This document shows, in pieces, positions 8,883 through 17,838 of a stretch of 55,360 nucleotides of DNA. The DNA is from Candidatus Limnocylindrales bacterium. GTDB taxonomy: Bacteria; Chloroflexota; Limnocylindria; Limnocylindrales; CSP1-4. The position numbers and the translations under genes are program-made. The notes under the pieces were generated by a model that was not told where the DNA came from, did no database searches, and saw only the letters and a list, made by a program, of their open reading frames with translations. Within the stretch, counting starts at the first letter, position 1. Every line of letters starts with the position of its first letter. The stretch spans positions 1 to 55,360 of the forward strand of contig JBIOWA010000215.1 of NCBI GenBank assembly GCA_044868045.1, written 5' to 3'.

Positions 8883-9059
8883 ATGACCGACGAACGAACT
8901 CGTGAGCGGGATCCACGAACCGATGCCGAGCGAGCCAAGGAACGGCCGGAGAACGACGAGCGGCCCGGATCCGAGGAGGAGGATCCGAATCCGTGGACTC
9001 GTGAGGGTCCCGACGCGCCGGATGCCGCGGACATCGAAGAACCCGACGAGCAGCGTTAG
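8883..9059 (+). CDS. Small acidic hydrophilic protein (58 aa; below the ORF-track cutoff)
   Basis: ATG 8883 after GGAGGTAGCGAACG. MTDERTRERDPRTDAERAKERPENDERPGSEEEDPNPWTREGPDAPDAADIEEPDEQR. Confidence 0.4.
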   Translation: MTDERTRERDPRTDAERAKERPENDERPGSEEEDPNPWTREGPDAPDAADIEEPDEQR

Positions 9060-9062
9060 GCC

Positions 9063-9248
9063 ATGACGACCGACGGCGAGAGCGCGAGTTTGCCAACGCG
9101 CCGGCGTCGACTCCCGGCGCCGCGTCGCGCGCCGTTCCGTCCGCTCGACGACGGGACCACCGAGGTCGTGCGGGTGATCCAGTTCGTCTGGGCGGGCGGC
9201 CGCGGGGTCCAGCCGGTGCTCATGGTCGAGCGCGAACTCCTGAATTGA
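9063..9248 (+). CDS. Hypothetical 61-aa protein, possibly coupled to the 8883 ORF
   Basis: The ATG lies 3 nt after the upstream TAG. Third-position GC is about 85% by hand count. Confidence 0.3.
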   Translation: MTTDGESASLPTRRRRLPAPRRAPFRPLDDGTTEVVRVIQFVWAGGRGVQPVLMVERELLN

Positions 9249-9548
9249 CCGAGTAGCTGGTCAGACTCCGATCCGTGGCGTGCCACGGTCACACGCCAGT
9301 CCCGCCCGCGCGAGTCGATCGTCGCTCCCGCGGGGCGGCAACTAGGGGGCGCGAACGAGCTGATCGCAGTCATTCCTGCCGCTACACGACATTCTCGGCG
9401 TGAGATTCCCGCGGAGCGGGAGAAGAGGTGCGGATCGGCACCCCAATCGGACCGTGTTGCCGTGCCACGGGACGCGGCGCCGTACTTCCGCGTGCGTGGT
9501 GCCCGTTGCCGCCGCGCGGAACAAGGGCTCGCGCTTTGTGGGAACTGG

Positions 9549-9719
9549 TCATCGGTTTCGGCGTGATGTCTTGGTCTCGCCCTCTTCGGCGCGTTCCTTG
9601 TTCACCGTCCGAGCTGCGCGCTCCTCAGCTTCGTCGGTGCTCACGCCGCGCTCCTTGTACGACTCCTTGATGTGCTCGTACTGGCGCTCACGCTTGTCGC
9701 TCCAGGCCTTCTGTGGCAT
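9549..9719 (-). CDS. Small conserved hydrophilic protein (56 aa, MPQKAWSDKRERQYEHIKESYKERG...)
   Basis: ATG 9719 lies 7 nt after GGAGG. Resembles small actinobacterial proteins that I recall being annotated as plasmid-stabilisation-like. Confidence 0.6.
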   Translation of the reverse strand: MPQKAWSDKRERQYEHIKESYKERGVSTDEAEERAARTVNKERAEEGETKTSRRNR

Positions 9720-11009
9720 CGGGTCACCTCCGTGGATGTCGTCGCCGCCGCGCGATGCTGCGGGTCCCCACAGCGTCCACCTGCCGCCGTCAGGCGTGCC
9801 TGTTTCGAGCGCGGGTCGGCCTCGCAGGCGTGTGCCAGTTGGCGATGGCCCTAGTTGCGGCGGTCGCGGCGACCCGCCCGCGATCGCACCTGTCCGGTCA
9901 CCCGAGCGCGTGCCGGCGGCCGTTTCCTGGTCCATGACGCCGACCGGTCCTCGTCCATCGGTCTCGGTCGGCAGCATCCTCTCGTAGATCGCCTCGTAGC
10001 CGTCGGTCATGCGTTCGACAGAGAATCGATCGATCACCGATTCGCGGATCGCCTGGCGATCGAGGTCTCCGATTCGATCGACCTTGAACGCCATCGCGGT
10101 GATGTCGTCGCCGAAGAACCCGTCGATGCCGTCGCGGATTATCTCGGGCAGGGCGCCTGCCCGACGCGCGATGATCGGCGTGCCGCATGCGAGCGCTTCG
10201 ATCGCAACGAGGCCGAACGGCTCCGGCCACGAGCCCGGCATGAGCGCCGCGTAGCTCTCGGCGAACAGCTGGTCGCGATCCGCTTGTGACAGCTCTCCGA
10301 GGAACTCGATGTCCTTGCCCGCCTCAGCCAGGGCCGGCTGGAACACGGCGTCGTTGTATTCCTTCTCGGGACCGGCCGGGCCGATCTTGGCGGCGATCCG
10401 CAACGGACGTCCCGATGCCTTCGCCACCTCCATCGCCTCGACGATCCCCTTCTCCTCGGCCACTCGCCCGACGAAACACAACGCGTCCGTGCGTTGCCGT
10501 CCGAACGGCGCATCGACCAGACGCAGGCCGTTGTACACGATGCCCGCCCACGGCACGTCCGGATGGGTCGACGCCTGGTTCTCGCTGATGGCGACGAGCC
10601 CGCCGGGTGGATCCGCGAAGAGATCGTCCGCCCAGGGCAGGTCGAGCCGGCCGTGGAAGGTCGAGACGACCGGGACAGGGCTGACCCGTGCGAGCAGCAG
10701 GGTGATCCACTCGAGATGGCTGTGGATTAGGTCGAACTGGTCGACCCGGGCCAGCAGCAGCTGGAGCGTGAGCTGCATGTACGGCAGCGAGTCGCCCGTG
10801 TACCCCTGCGGGCGCAAGGCCAACGGGACGGTCTCGATATGCCGGCCCGGCACCACGGAATCGCCGCTCGCGAACGTGGTCACGTCATGACCGCGCTGTT
10901 CGAGCTCGGTCACCAGGCCATGCACGATCCGCTCGGTCCCGCCGTAGGCCAGTGGCGGGACACGTTCGAACGGCGGCGCGACCTGCGCGATGCGGAGCCG
11001 GCGGGACAT
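9549..11009 (-). CDS. GT4-family glycosyltransferase, about 360-aa domain; the ORF stays open through a linker into the small gene
   Basis: N-terminus MSRRLRIAQVAPPFERVPPLAYGGTERIVHGL, and an E-x7-E-like region PEPFGLVAIEALACGTP. There is no in-frame stop after the domain end (about 9975). Confidence 0.8.
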   Translation of the reverse strand: MSRRLRIAQVAPPFERVPPLAYGGTERIVHGLVTELEQRGHDVTTFASGDSVVPGRHIETVPLALRPQGYTGDSLPYMQLTLQLLLARVDQFDLIHSHLEWITLLLARVSPVPVVSTFHGRLDLPWADDLFADPPGGLVAISENQASTHPDVPWAGIVYNGLRLVDAPFGRQRTDALCFVGRVAEEKGIVEAMEVAKASGRPLRIAAKIGPAGPEKEYNDAVFQPALAEAGKDIEFLGELSQADRDQLFAESYAALMPGSWPEPFGLVAIEALACGTPIIARRAGALPEIIRDGIDGFFGDDITAMAFKVDRIGDLDRQAIRESVIDRFSVERMTDGYEAIYERMLPTETDGRGPVGVMDQETAAGTRSGDRTGAIAGGSPRPPQLGPSPTGTRLRGRPALETGTPDGGRWTLWGPAASRGGDDIHGGDPMPQKAWSDKRERQYEHIKESYKERGVSTDEAEERAARTVNKERAEEGETKTSRRNR

Positions 11010-11107
11010 CTGCGGAACCTCTCAAGCATGGTGACCGCGAACCCCGGATAGCCGGAGCTCGCGGTCAGTGTCGCACTCCCGGCCGTTGGCCGGGGCGATG
11101 GAGCGAC

Positions 11108-11542
11108 TCAGCGATCGGGATCGCGATCTCCCAGGCGTCGCTCGGCTTCGAGTTCTTCCTCGGTCTTGTCGCCGGCGCCCGCTCCGGCAGCAGCGCCGAC
11201 GACCGCTCCGGGAGGGCCGGCCGCTGCGCCACCGGCCAGCGCGCCCGCAGTGCCACCGCCGAGCGCGCCAGCACCCGAGCCGGCCTCGTCGTCGTCCTCG
11301 GTCCCCTCACCGGCGACCGCGCCGCCGACCGCACCGATGGCGCCGCCGACGACAGCACGAGGGCCGCCAGCGGCCATCCCGACGCCGGCCCCACCGAGCG
11401 CCCCGACTCCGGCGCCCATGGCCTCGGCACCATGCTCGTCGTCGGTCGTCACGTCCTTGTCGGCGCTTTCGACGCCGCGTCCTTCGTTGAGCAGGTCGTC
11501 CTTCGTGCTCCGCGCGTATAGCGGATCGTCTCGTCGCTCCAT
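11108..11542 (-). CDS. Gly/Ala-rich (glycine-zipper-like) protein with acidic ends
   Basis: ATG 11542 after AGGAGG. The central segment is GAGVGALGGAGVGMAAGG...GAVVGAAAGAGAG. Confidence 0.55.
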   Translation of the reverse strand: MERRDDPLYARSTKDDLLNEGRGVESADKDVTTDDEHGAEAMGAGVGALGGAGVGMAAGGPRAVVGGAIGAVGGAVAGEGTEDDDEAGSGAGALGGGTAGALAGGAAAGPPGAVVGAAAGAGAGDKTEEELEAERRLGDRDPDR

Positions 11543-11761
11543 CGAGCTGCCTCCTGTGTGCCCTGGGGGACCCGAACGGTACGGGCCTCGCCTGCGGCGC
11601 CACGTCAAGCGGCGAAGCACGCCCGTATCACTCGGCTATCAGCGGTCCTGCGGCTTCACGGAGTTCCGGACCCCCTTCGGATGTGTTGCGCTGGGGCGTC
11701 AGCGGCGGGTCCATACTTGCTGGCAGGCCACATCGCACGGCACAGCCCGTGGAGGAACAGC

Positions 11762-13393
11762 GTGTCCGAGAACACCCCGGGGGCCGCGGCGCGAGCCTCG
11801 GGACGCGCCAAAGGGGAGATCGCGCGCGTCCGCGACGTCCGGTTCGGGGTCGGTCAGGCGATCCTGGCAGGCATCTTCCTCGGCTGGGTCGGCATCGCCA
11901 CGAAGGCCGCGCTCAACGAGGCGATCCAGGGCGACACGGGCTACATCATCCTGATGGCGGGGGCCGTACTCGCGGCCTGGTTCGGGGGGCTGGCCGGCGG
12001 GCTGGCCGCCATCATCACGGCCGCTGTCTTGAACTCGGTCATCTTCCCCGGCGTCGTTGCCGACTTACGTGTCGATCAGTTCCGCCAGATCCTGTATCTC
12101 GTCACGGCGACGGCAACGGCGTGGCTGGTCGCATCGCGACGCGCCGCGCGGGACGGGCTGGTCGATGCGCTCGATGAGGTCGCGTCCCTGGCCGAAGAGG
12201 TCGAGGCCCGCGACACCCGGCTCGAGATGATGCTGGCTGCCTCCGGCACCGGCTTCTGGGAGTGGGACATCGTCAGCGGGGAGCTGATGTGGTCGGAGGC
12301 GATCTTCCGCCAGCACGGCATCGAGCCCGCGCCTCGCGCGCCCGACTACGCCGCCTACATCGACACGATTCATCCCGACGACCGCGCGGCGTTCGAGAGC
12401 GCGGTCGCGGCCGCGATCGAGGGGGGCGCGTCGTTCGCGCTCGACTTCCGCATCGTCTGGCCGGACGGGACGGTCCATTGGACGCATGGCGCCGGGCGCG
12501 TCTTCCGCGACGAGACCGGGCAGGCGATCCGGATGATCGGCACCGGACAGGACATCACCGACCAGAAGCGGCTGATCGAGGATCGCGACCGGCTGCTGGC
12601 CGACGAACATCGGGCCGCCGAATTCCGGGAAGCGTTCGTGGATGTGATCAGCCATGAGCTCCGGACTCCCATCACCACGATCATGGGCCTGGCGCAGATC
12701 CTCGCCCGACCCGGCCGCGCCGACGACGAGGCATCCCGAGCCGCGCTCCTCGAAGACGTTCGCTCGGAATCCGAGCGGCTGCATCGGCTCGTGGAGGACC
12801 TGCTGGTCCTGAGCCGCATCGAGCGCGGCCGGCTCGAGGTCGATCCGGAGCCGCTGGAACCGCGGCGGCTGCTGGAGCGTGCCGTGGCCCACGAGGCGCG
12901 CGAGCTGTCGAGCATCACGGTCGAGACTGACCTCGAGCGCGACCTGCCGATCGTCGCCGGCGAAGCGACGTACATCGAGCAGATCGTGCGCAACCTGCTC
13001 GGGAACGCGGCCAAGTACACGCCGCCCGGCAGTCACGTCGTGGTGTCAGCGCGCAAGCGCGAGACGCACGTCGAGGTCCGCGTCAGCGACGACGGGCCAG
13101 GCATCCCGCCAGCCTCGATCGAGCGAATCTTCGAGCTCTTCTATCGCGACCCCGAGAGCGCCAGGGCCGTGGCCGGCTCGGGCATCGGGCTGTTCGTCTG
13201 CGCGACCCTGATCGAGGCGATGGGCGGCCGGATCTGGGCACGCCGTCGCCCGGAAGGTGGCTCCGAATTCGGATTCACGCTCCGGGCGATCGAGCCCGAC
13301 GAGGTGGACGCCGACGCGGCAGTCCTCCCGCCGGCGGCGGCCACCGACGCGGAACCGAAATCCGTCAGGAAGGCATCCACGCCAGCCGCATGA
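11762..13393 (+). CDS. Sensor histidine kinase (KdpD-type TM/DUF4118-like N-domain, PAS, HisKA, HATPase)
   Basis: GTG 11762 after GGAGGA. TM block ILAGIFLGWVGIA...AAVLNSVIF, PAS segment WEWDIVSGELMWSE, H-box SHELRTPITTI. The catalytic core is nearly identical to that of the 159..2225 kinase. Confidence 0.85.
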   Translation: MSENTPGAAARASGRAKGEIARVRDVRFGVGQAILAGIFLGWVGIATKAALNEAIQGDTGYIILMAGAVLAAWFGGLAGGLAAIITAAVLNSVIFPGVVADLRVDQFRQILYLVTATATAWLVASRRAARDGLVDALDEVASLAEEVEARDTRLEMMLAASGTGFWEWDIVSGELMWSEAIFRQHGIEPAPRAPDYAAYIDTIHPDDRAAFESAVAAAIEGGASFALDFRIVWPDGTVHWTHGAGRVFRDETGQAIRMIGTGQDITDQKRLIEDRDRLLADEHRAAEFREAFVDVISHELRTPITTIMGLAQILARPGRADDEASRAALLEDVRSESERLHRLVEDLLVLSRIERGRLEVDPEPLEPRRLLERAVAHEARELSSITVETDLERDLPIVAGEATYIEQIVRNLLGNAAKYTPPGSHVVVSARKRETHVEVRVSDDGPGIPPASIERIFELFYRDPESARAVAGSGIGLFVCATLIEAMGGRIWARRRPEGGSEFGFTLRAIEPDEVDADAAVLPPAAATDAEPKSVRKASTPAA

Positions 13394-14492
13394 GCCCGAT
13401 GACCGCGCCGGCAAGGATCAGCCGGCCGGTCCCGATCCCGGCGAGGATCAACGCGAACGCCCCGAGCGCCGAGGCGAGCGACAGCAGGTCGCGGATCGCG
13501 CCGAGGCCCAGCTGGACCGCGACGATCGCGATCAGCGCGACGGCGCCGACGTTCACGCCATCGAGGAACGCCCGGGCATCGGCCGACCGGCGAAGTCGGT
13601 CCATGACCGGGATGCTGAGCCCGACCGCGAGGAAGGCGGGGAGGAATACGCCCACGGTCGCCGCGACCGCACCGACCGGCCCCGCGAGGAGGTAGCCGAT
13701 GAACGTCGCGGTGGAGAACAAGGGGCCTGGCGTCGCCTGTCCGACCGCCACCGCGTCGAGGAGCTGGCGCTCGCTGAGCCAGCCGAGGCCGTCGACGAGC
13801 TCCGAACGGAGCAGCGCGACCAGCACGTACCCGCTGCCGAACAGCACCGCGCCGACCTTCAGGAACGTCACGAAGATGGCCGGGGCCGCGACGCCGAGGG
13901 CCGTGCCGGTCGCGAGCAGGCTGCCCGCGGGGTTCAATCCGAGGGCCATCACCCAGCCATGCTCACGCCGGTGGACGGCCAGCGCGACGATCCCTGCCGC
14001 GAGCAACAAGGCGATCTCCGGGAGACCGGCGACGGCCGCGACGATCGTCGCGAGGAAGAGGATGGCGGCGATCGGCGTCCGGACCACGGTCCGCCCGATC
14101 GACCAGCCGGCGTGGGCCACGATCGCGACGACCACCGGGGCGATCCCGAGGAGCAGTGCCCCGACCTCGGCACGCTGCCCGTACTCGACGTAGAGCCAGG
14201 CAATCACCGCGACGATCGCGACCGCCGGCAGCAGGAACGCGAGGCCGGCCACGACCAGCCCGGCCCGACCGGCACGCCGGTGCCCGATGTGCATGGCGAG
14301 CTCGGTGGAGGTCGGGCCCGGGATCAGGTTGGCCGCCCCGAGGAGGTCGACGAACGATGCGTCGTCGAGCCAGCGGCGACGGCGTACGAACTCGTCGCGC
14401 ATCAACGCGACGTGCGCTGCGGGCCCTCCGAACGAAGTCAGCCCGAGACGCAGGAAGACCGCAGCAAGCCCGGCAAGTGCCGCCACCCTCAA
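13365..14492 (-). CDS. chrA: Chromate transporter ChrA (CHR family)
   Basis: FLRLGLTSFGGPAAHVALMRDEFV..RRWLD...LIPGPTSTE, plus a second homologous half. Probable TTG start at 14492. Confidence 0.85.
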   Translation of the reverse strand: MRVAALAGLAAVFLRLGLTSFGGPAAHVALMRDEFVRRRRWLDDASFVDLLGAANLIPGPTSTELAMHIGHRRAGRAGLVVAGLAFLLPAVAIVAVIAWLYVEYGQRAEVGALLLGIAPVVVAIVAHAGWSIGRTVVRTPIAAILFLATIVAAVAGLPEIALLLAAGIVALAVHRREHGWVMALGLNPAGSLLATGTALGVAAPAIFVTFLKVGAVLFGSGYVLVALLRSELVDGLGWLSERQLLDAVAVGQATPGPLFSTATFIGYLLAGPVGAVAATVGVFLPAFLAVGLSIPVMDRLRRSADARAFLDGVNVGAVALIAIVAVQLGLGAIRDLLSLASALGAFALILAGIGTGRLILAGAVIGLMRLAWMPS

Positions 14493-14536
14493 CGGGGTAC
14501 TGCTACCCGCTCACCGACGGGGGAGGCGACGCCCAC

Positions 14537-14587
14537 GCGAGCCATCCGCCGGAGGTTCGACGCTCCTGCGAGCCATCCGCCGGAGGT
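14537..14587. repeat. Perfect 20-nt direct repeat x2 (GCGAGCCATCCGCCGGAGGT), period 31
   Basis: Copies at 14537-14556 and 14568-14587 in the aceE-chrA spacer. The second copy ends 1 nt before the aceE stop. Confidence 0.9.
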
Positions 14588-14588
14588 C

Positions 14589-17279
14589 TCAGAGGGCGGC
14601 GGGATCGACCTTGTCGGGATCGAGGCCGAGCTCACGGACGGCCTTGGCCGCCTTGGCCGGTGCCAGCGCGCCGCAGCGCGCGAGCGCGACCATCGTGGCG
14701 GCCGCGATGTGCGGCGGATCGATCTCGAACAGCGCGCGCAGGTCCTCGCGCGTCCCGCTCCGACCGAAACCGTCGGTCCCCAGTGAGACGTAGTACTCGG
14801 GAAGCCATCGCGCGACCATGTCGGGGAGTGCTTTCAGCCAGTCCGTGGCGGCGACGATGGGGCCGCCGTCGGCCGGCAGCACGGTCTGGACGTACGGGAC
14901 CCGCGGGCTCTTGGCGTCCGGGTGGAATCGGTTCCACCGTTCCGCCTCCAGGGCGTCGCGCCGGAGCAACGGGAACGACGGGGCGCTGTAGACCTCGGCG
15001 GCCACCCCGAACTTGTCTGCGAGGATGTCGCGCGCGGCGAGCGCCTGCTGGAGGATCGCGCCGGAGCCGACCAGCCGGGCCGGATGCGCGTCGGCCCCCA
15101 GGTCGGGTGCTGTGGCGAACCGGTAGATGCCGCGCAGGATCGCCTCGTCGGTCAACCCTTCGGGGCGCGGCGGCTGCGGGTAGTTCTCGTTGTGGAGCGT
15201 GATGTAGTAGAAGACGTCCTCTGGCTTCGGGCCGTACATCCGCTGGACCCCGTCACGGACGATCGCCGCGAGCTCGTAGGCGAAGGCCGGGTCGTAGCCG
15301 CGGACGTTGGGGATCGTCGAGGCGGTGAGGTGCGAGTGGCCGTCGTCGTGCTGCAGCCCCTCCCCGGCGAGCGTCGTGCGCCCGGCCGTGGCGCCCATGA
15401 GGAAGCCGCGGCCCCGCGCATCGCCGAACGCCCACATCTGGTCGCCGGTCCGCTGGAACCCGAACATCGAGTAGAAGATGTAGAACGGGATCGTGGCCAG
15501 GCCGTGCGTCGCGTACGACGTTCCTGCCGCCTGGAACGAGGCCATCGAGCCGGCTTCGGTGATGCCCTCCTCGAGCACCTGGCCGTCGGTCGCCTCGCGA
15601 TACGAAAGGACGAGATCGGAGTCGACCGGCTCGTATCGCTGGCCCAGCGCGGCGTAGATCCCGACCTCCTTGAAGAGGGGGTCCATGCCGAACGTGCGGG
15701 CCTCGTCCGGGATGATCGGCACGATCCTCGGCCCGAGGTCCTTGTCGCGAATCAGGTTGCGCAGGATCCGCGTGAAGACCATCGTGGTCGACACCGGTGT
15801 CTGGCTGCCGGCCGAGAATTCCGCGTCGACCTGCGGTGCCGGGGCAGGCAACGGCTTGGCACGGACGAGTCGCTTCGGGATCTCGCCCCCGAGCGCCTTG
15901 CGGCGTTCGCGGATGTACTCGACTTCCTCGGACTTCGGCCCCGGGTGGTAGTAGGGCGCGTCCTTGAGCTCGTCGTCCGGGATCGGCAGCTGCAATCGAT
16001 CGCGGAAGATCACAAGCTCTTTCTCGGACAGCTTCTTGGCCTGGTGGGTGATGTTCCGCGCCTCGACGCCGGGTCCAAGGGTCCAGCCCTTCACGGTTTT
16101 CGCCAGGATCACCGTCGGGGCGCCCTTGAACTCCGTAGCCGCGCGATAGGCCGCGTACAGCTTCCGGTAGTCGTGGCCGCCCCGCCGCAGCTTCGCCAGG
16201 TCGTCGTCGGACAGGTGCTCGACGAGCTTGCGGAGCCGCTGGTCCGGCCCGAAGAAGTGCTCGCGGATGTAGCCGCCGCCGGCCACGCTGAACTTCTGGA
16301 ACTCGCCGTCGAGCGTGTCGTTCATCTTCTGGACGAGGACGCCGTCGACGTCGCGGGCCAGGAGCTCGTCCCACTCGCGCGCCCAGATGACCTTGATCAC
16401 GTTCCAGCCGGAGCCGCGGAACACGGCCTCGAGCTCCTGGATGATCTTGCCGTTGCCGCGGACCGGGCCATCGAGGCGCTGCAGGTTGCAGTTCACGACG
16501 AACGTCAGGTTGTCGAGGCCCTCCCGCGCGGCGACGTGGAGGGCACCGAGCGACTCGGGCTCGTCGGTCTCGCCGTCACCGACGAACGCCCAGACCCTCG
16601 ACTTCGAGGTGTCGAGCAACCCGCGGTTCTGGAGATACCGGTTGAAGCGGGCCTGGTAGATCGCGCTGATCGGTCCCAGGCCCATCGAGACCGTCGGGAA
16701 TTCCCAGAAGTCGGGCATGAGCCGCGGGTGCGGGTAGGAGCTGAGTCCCTCGCCGGGCTTCCCCTCCCGGCGGAAATGATCGAGCTGGTCCTCCGAGATG
16801 CGGCCCTCGAGGAACGCCCGCGCGTAGATCCCCGGCGCGGCGTGGCCTTGGTAGAAGATCTGGTCGCCGGCCGCGTCACCGTCCTTGCCACGGAAGAAAT
16901 GGTTGAAGCCCACCTCGTACAGGCTGGCCGAGCTGGCGTACGTCGACAGGTGCCCGCCGATGCCCGGGAAGCGGTTGTTGGCCCGCAGGACCATCGCCAC
17001 CGCGTTCCAGCGGACGATCCGGCGGATGCGCAGCTCCATCGCCTCGTCACCCGGGAACGCCGGCTCCTGCTCCGGGCTGATCGTGTTGATGTATCGGGTC
17101 TGGGTCAGCGGCGGAAGGCCGATCTGCAGCTGCCGGGCTCGTTTGAGCAGCTTGTAGACGAGGAACCGGGCGCGTGTCTCGCCCTCCTGCTCGACGACCT
17201 CGTCGAGCGAGGTCATCCAGTCGTCGGTCTCGGCCGGGTCGATGTCCGGTAGCTGGTGCTTGAATTCGTCGAAGTACAT
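14589..17279 (-). CDS. aceE: Pyruvate dehydrogenase E1 component, homodimeric type
   Basis: 896 aa. N-terminus DPAETDDWMTSLDEVV, ThDP region GGHLSTYASSASLYEVGFNHFFRG, and GDGETDEPES. Confidence 0.95.
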   Translation of the reverse strand: MYFDEFKHQLPDIDPAETDDWMTSLDEVVEQEGETRARFLVYKLLKRARQLQIGLPPLTQTRYINTISPEQEPAFPGDEAMELRIRRIVRWNAVAMVLRANNRFPGIGGHLSTYASSASLYEVGFNHFFRGKDGDAAGDQIFYQGHAAPGIYARAFLEGRISEDQLDHFRREGKPGEGLSSYPHPRLMPDFWEFPTVSMGLGPISAIYQARFNRYLQNRGLLDTSKSRVWAFVGDGETDEPESLGALHVAAREGLDNLTFVVNCNLQRLDGPVRGNGKIIQELEAVFRGSGWNVIKVIWAREWDELLARDVDGVLVQKMNDTLDGEFQKFSVAGGGYIREHFFGPDQRLRKLVEHLSDDDLAKLRRGGHDYRKLYAAYRAATEFKGAPTVILAKTVKGWTLGPGVEARNITHQAKKLSEKELVIFRDRLQLPIPDDELKDAPYYHPGPKSEEVEYIRERRKALGGEIPKRLVRAKPLPAPAPQVDAEFSAGSQTPVSTTMVFTRILRNLIRDKDLGPRIVPIIPDEARTFGMDPLFKEVGIYAALGQRYEPVDSDLVLSYREATDGQVLEEGITEAGSMASFQAAGTSYATHGLATIPFYIFYSMFGFQRTGDQMWAFGDARGRGFLMGATAGRTTLAGEGLQHDDGHSHLTASTIPNVRGYDPAFAYELAAIVRDGVQRMYGPKPEDVFYYITLHNENYPQPPRPEGLTDEAILRGIYRFATAPDLGADAHPARLVGSGAILQQALAARDILADKFGVAAEVYSAPSFPLLRRDALEAERWNRFHPDAKSPRVPYVQTVLPADGGPIVAATDWLKALPDMVARWLPEYYVSLGTDGFGRSGTREDLRALFEIDPPHIAAATMVALARCGALAPAKAAKAVRELGLDPDKVDPAAL

Positions 17280-17344
17280 CGTCTGCCCTGGCTATGGTAG
17301 GGCGGTCGGCCGTTTGCGGAGGGTTGCGGCTGGGAGGCGGCGAA

Positions 17345-17710
17345 TCACGCCGGATCGAGCCGCAATGTGAGCGGGAGGAGTTCGGGCCGGTTCATCTGGC
17401 GAACAGCCGGATCGCCGGCATACTTGCGCTCGAGCCCCGCCGACATCCTGGCGATCTCGTCGGGGTCGGTCACCTGGGTGACGTGGGCCTTGAACGGCCG
17501 TCTATCCACCCATAGGGTGACATCGGGATTGGACGTCGCCTCGCGGTACCAGCGCGAATCGGGTCCGTAGGCCGAGCGGACGAAGACATCGCCGGCGTCG
17601 ACGACGACCCAGATGGTCGCGCGATGGGCGGGCCCGTCGGCCATTGACGTCTCGACATCCACCTCCTTCGTGCGATCGATCAGCTCCAGGTCGGCGTTTG
17701 TGAAGGGCAT
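17345..17710 (-). CDS. DUF2255-like small protein
   Basis: MPFTNADLELIDRTKEVDVET...ATIWVVVDAGDVFVRSAYGPDSRWYREA. Start taken at ATG 17710. Confidence 0.65.
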   Translation of the reverse strand: MPFTNADLELIDRTKEVDVETSMADGPAHRATIWVVVDAGDVFVRSAYGPDSRWYREATSNPDVTLWVDRRPFKAHVTQVTDPDEIARMSAGLERKYAGDPAVRQMNRPELLPLTLRLDPA

Positions 17711-17746
17711 GGCGAACAGGGTAGTCCACGCGGGGACGGGACGGCC

Positions 17747-17776
17747 TGTAATGCGGATGCAACGGCGTTGCAATGT
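17747..17776 (+). promoter_or_regulatory. Recurrent 16-nt motif, copy 2 (TGTAATGCGGATGCAA) plus adjacent GTTGCAATGT
   Basis: The 16-mer spans 17747-17762. TGCAAC-ggc-GTTGCA forms an inverted repeat. GTTGCAATGT is identical to 4405-4414. Confidence 0.4.
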
Positions 17777-17838
17777 GGGGCGCCATGGGCGTCAGGGTCG
17801 TCCGGGGATGCTGGGTTCCCTACAAGGAGACCAACGCA

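Noticed and set aside
13257-14786. Long antisense or shadow ORFs. This 509-aa ORF is one example. Others are 3859..5232, 8098..9096, 14922..17252, 18749..20392, 34766..36001 and 38812..40107.
   Set aside because: Their products are Arg/Pro/Gly/Asp-rich low-complexity sequence, lie opposite genes with unmistakable family motifs (chrA, aceE, ABC, arg genes), and have no SD-start context. They are the usual open antisense frames of high-GC DNA.
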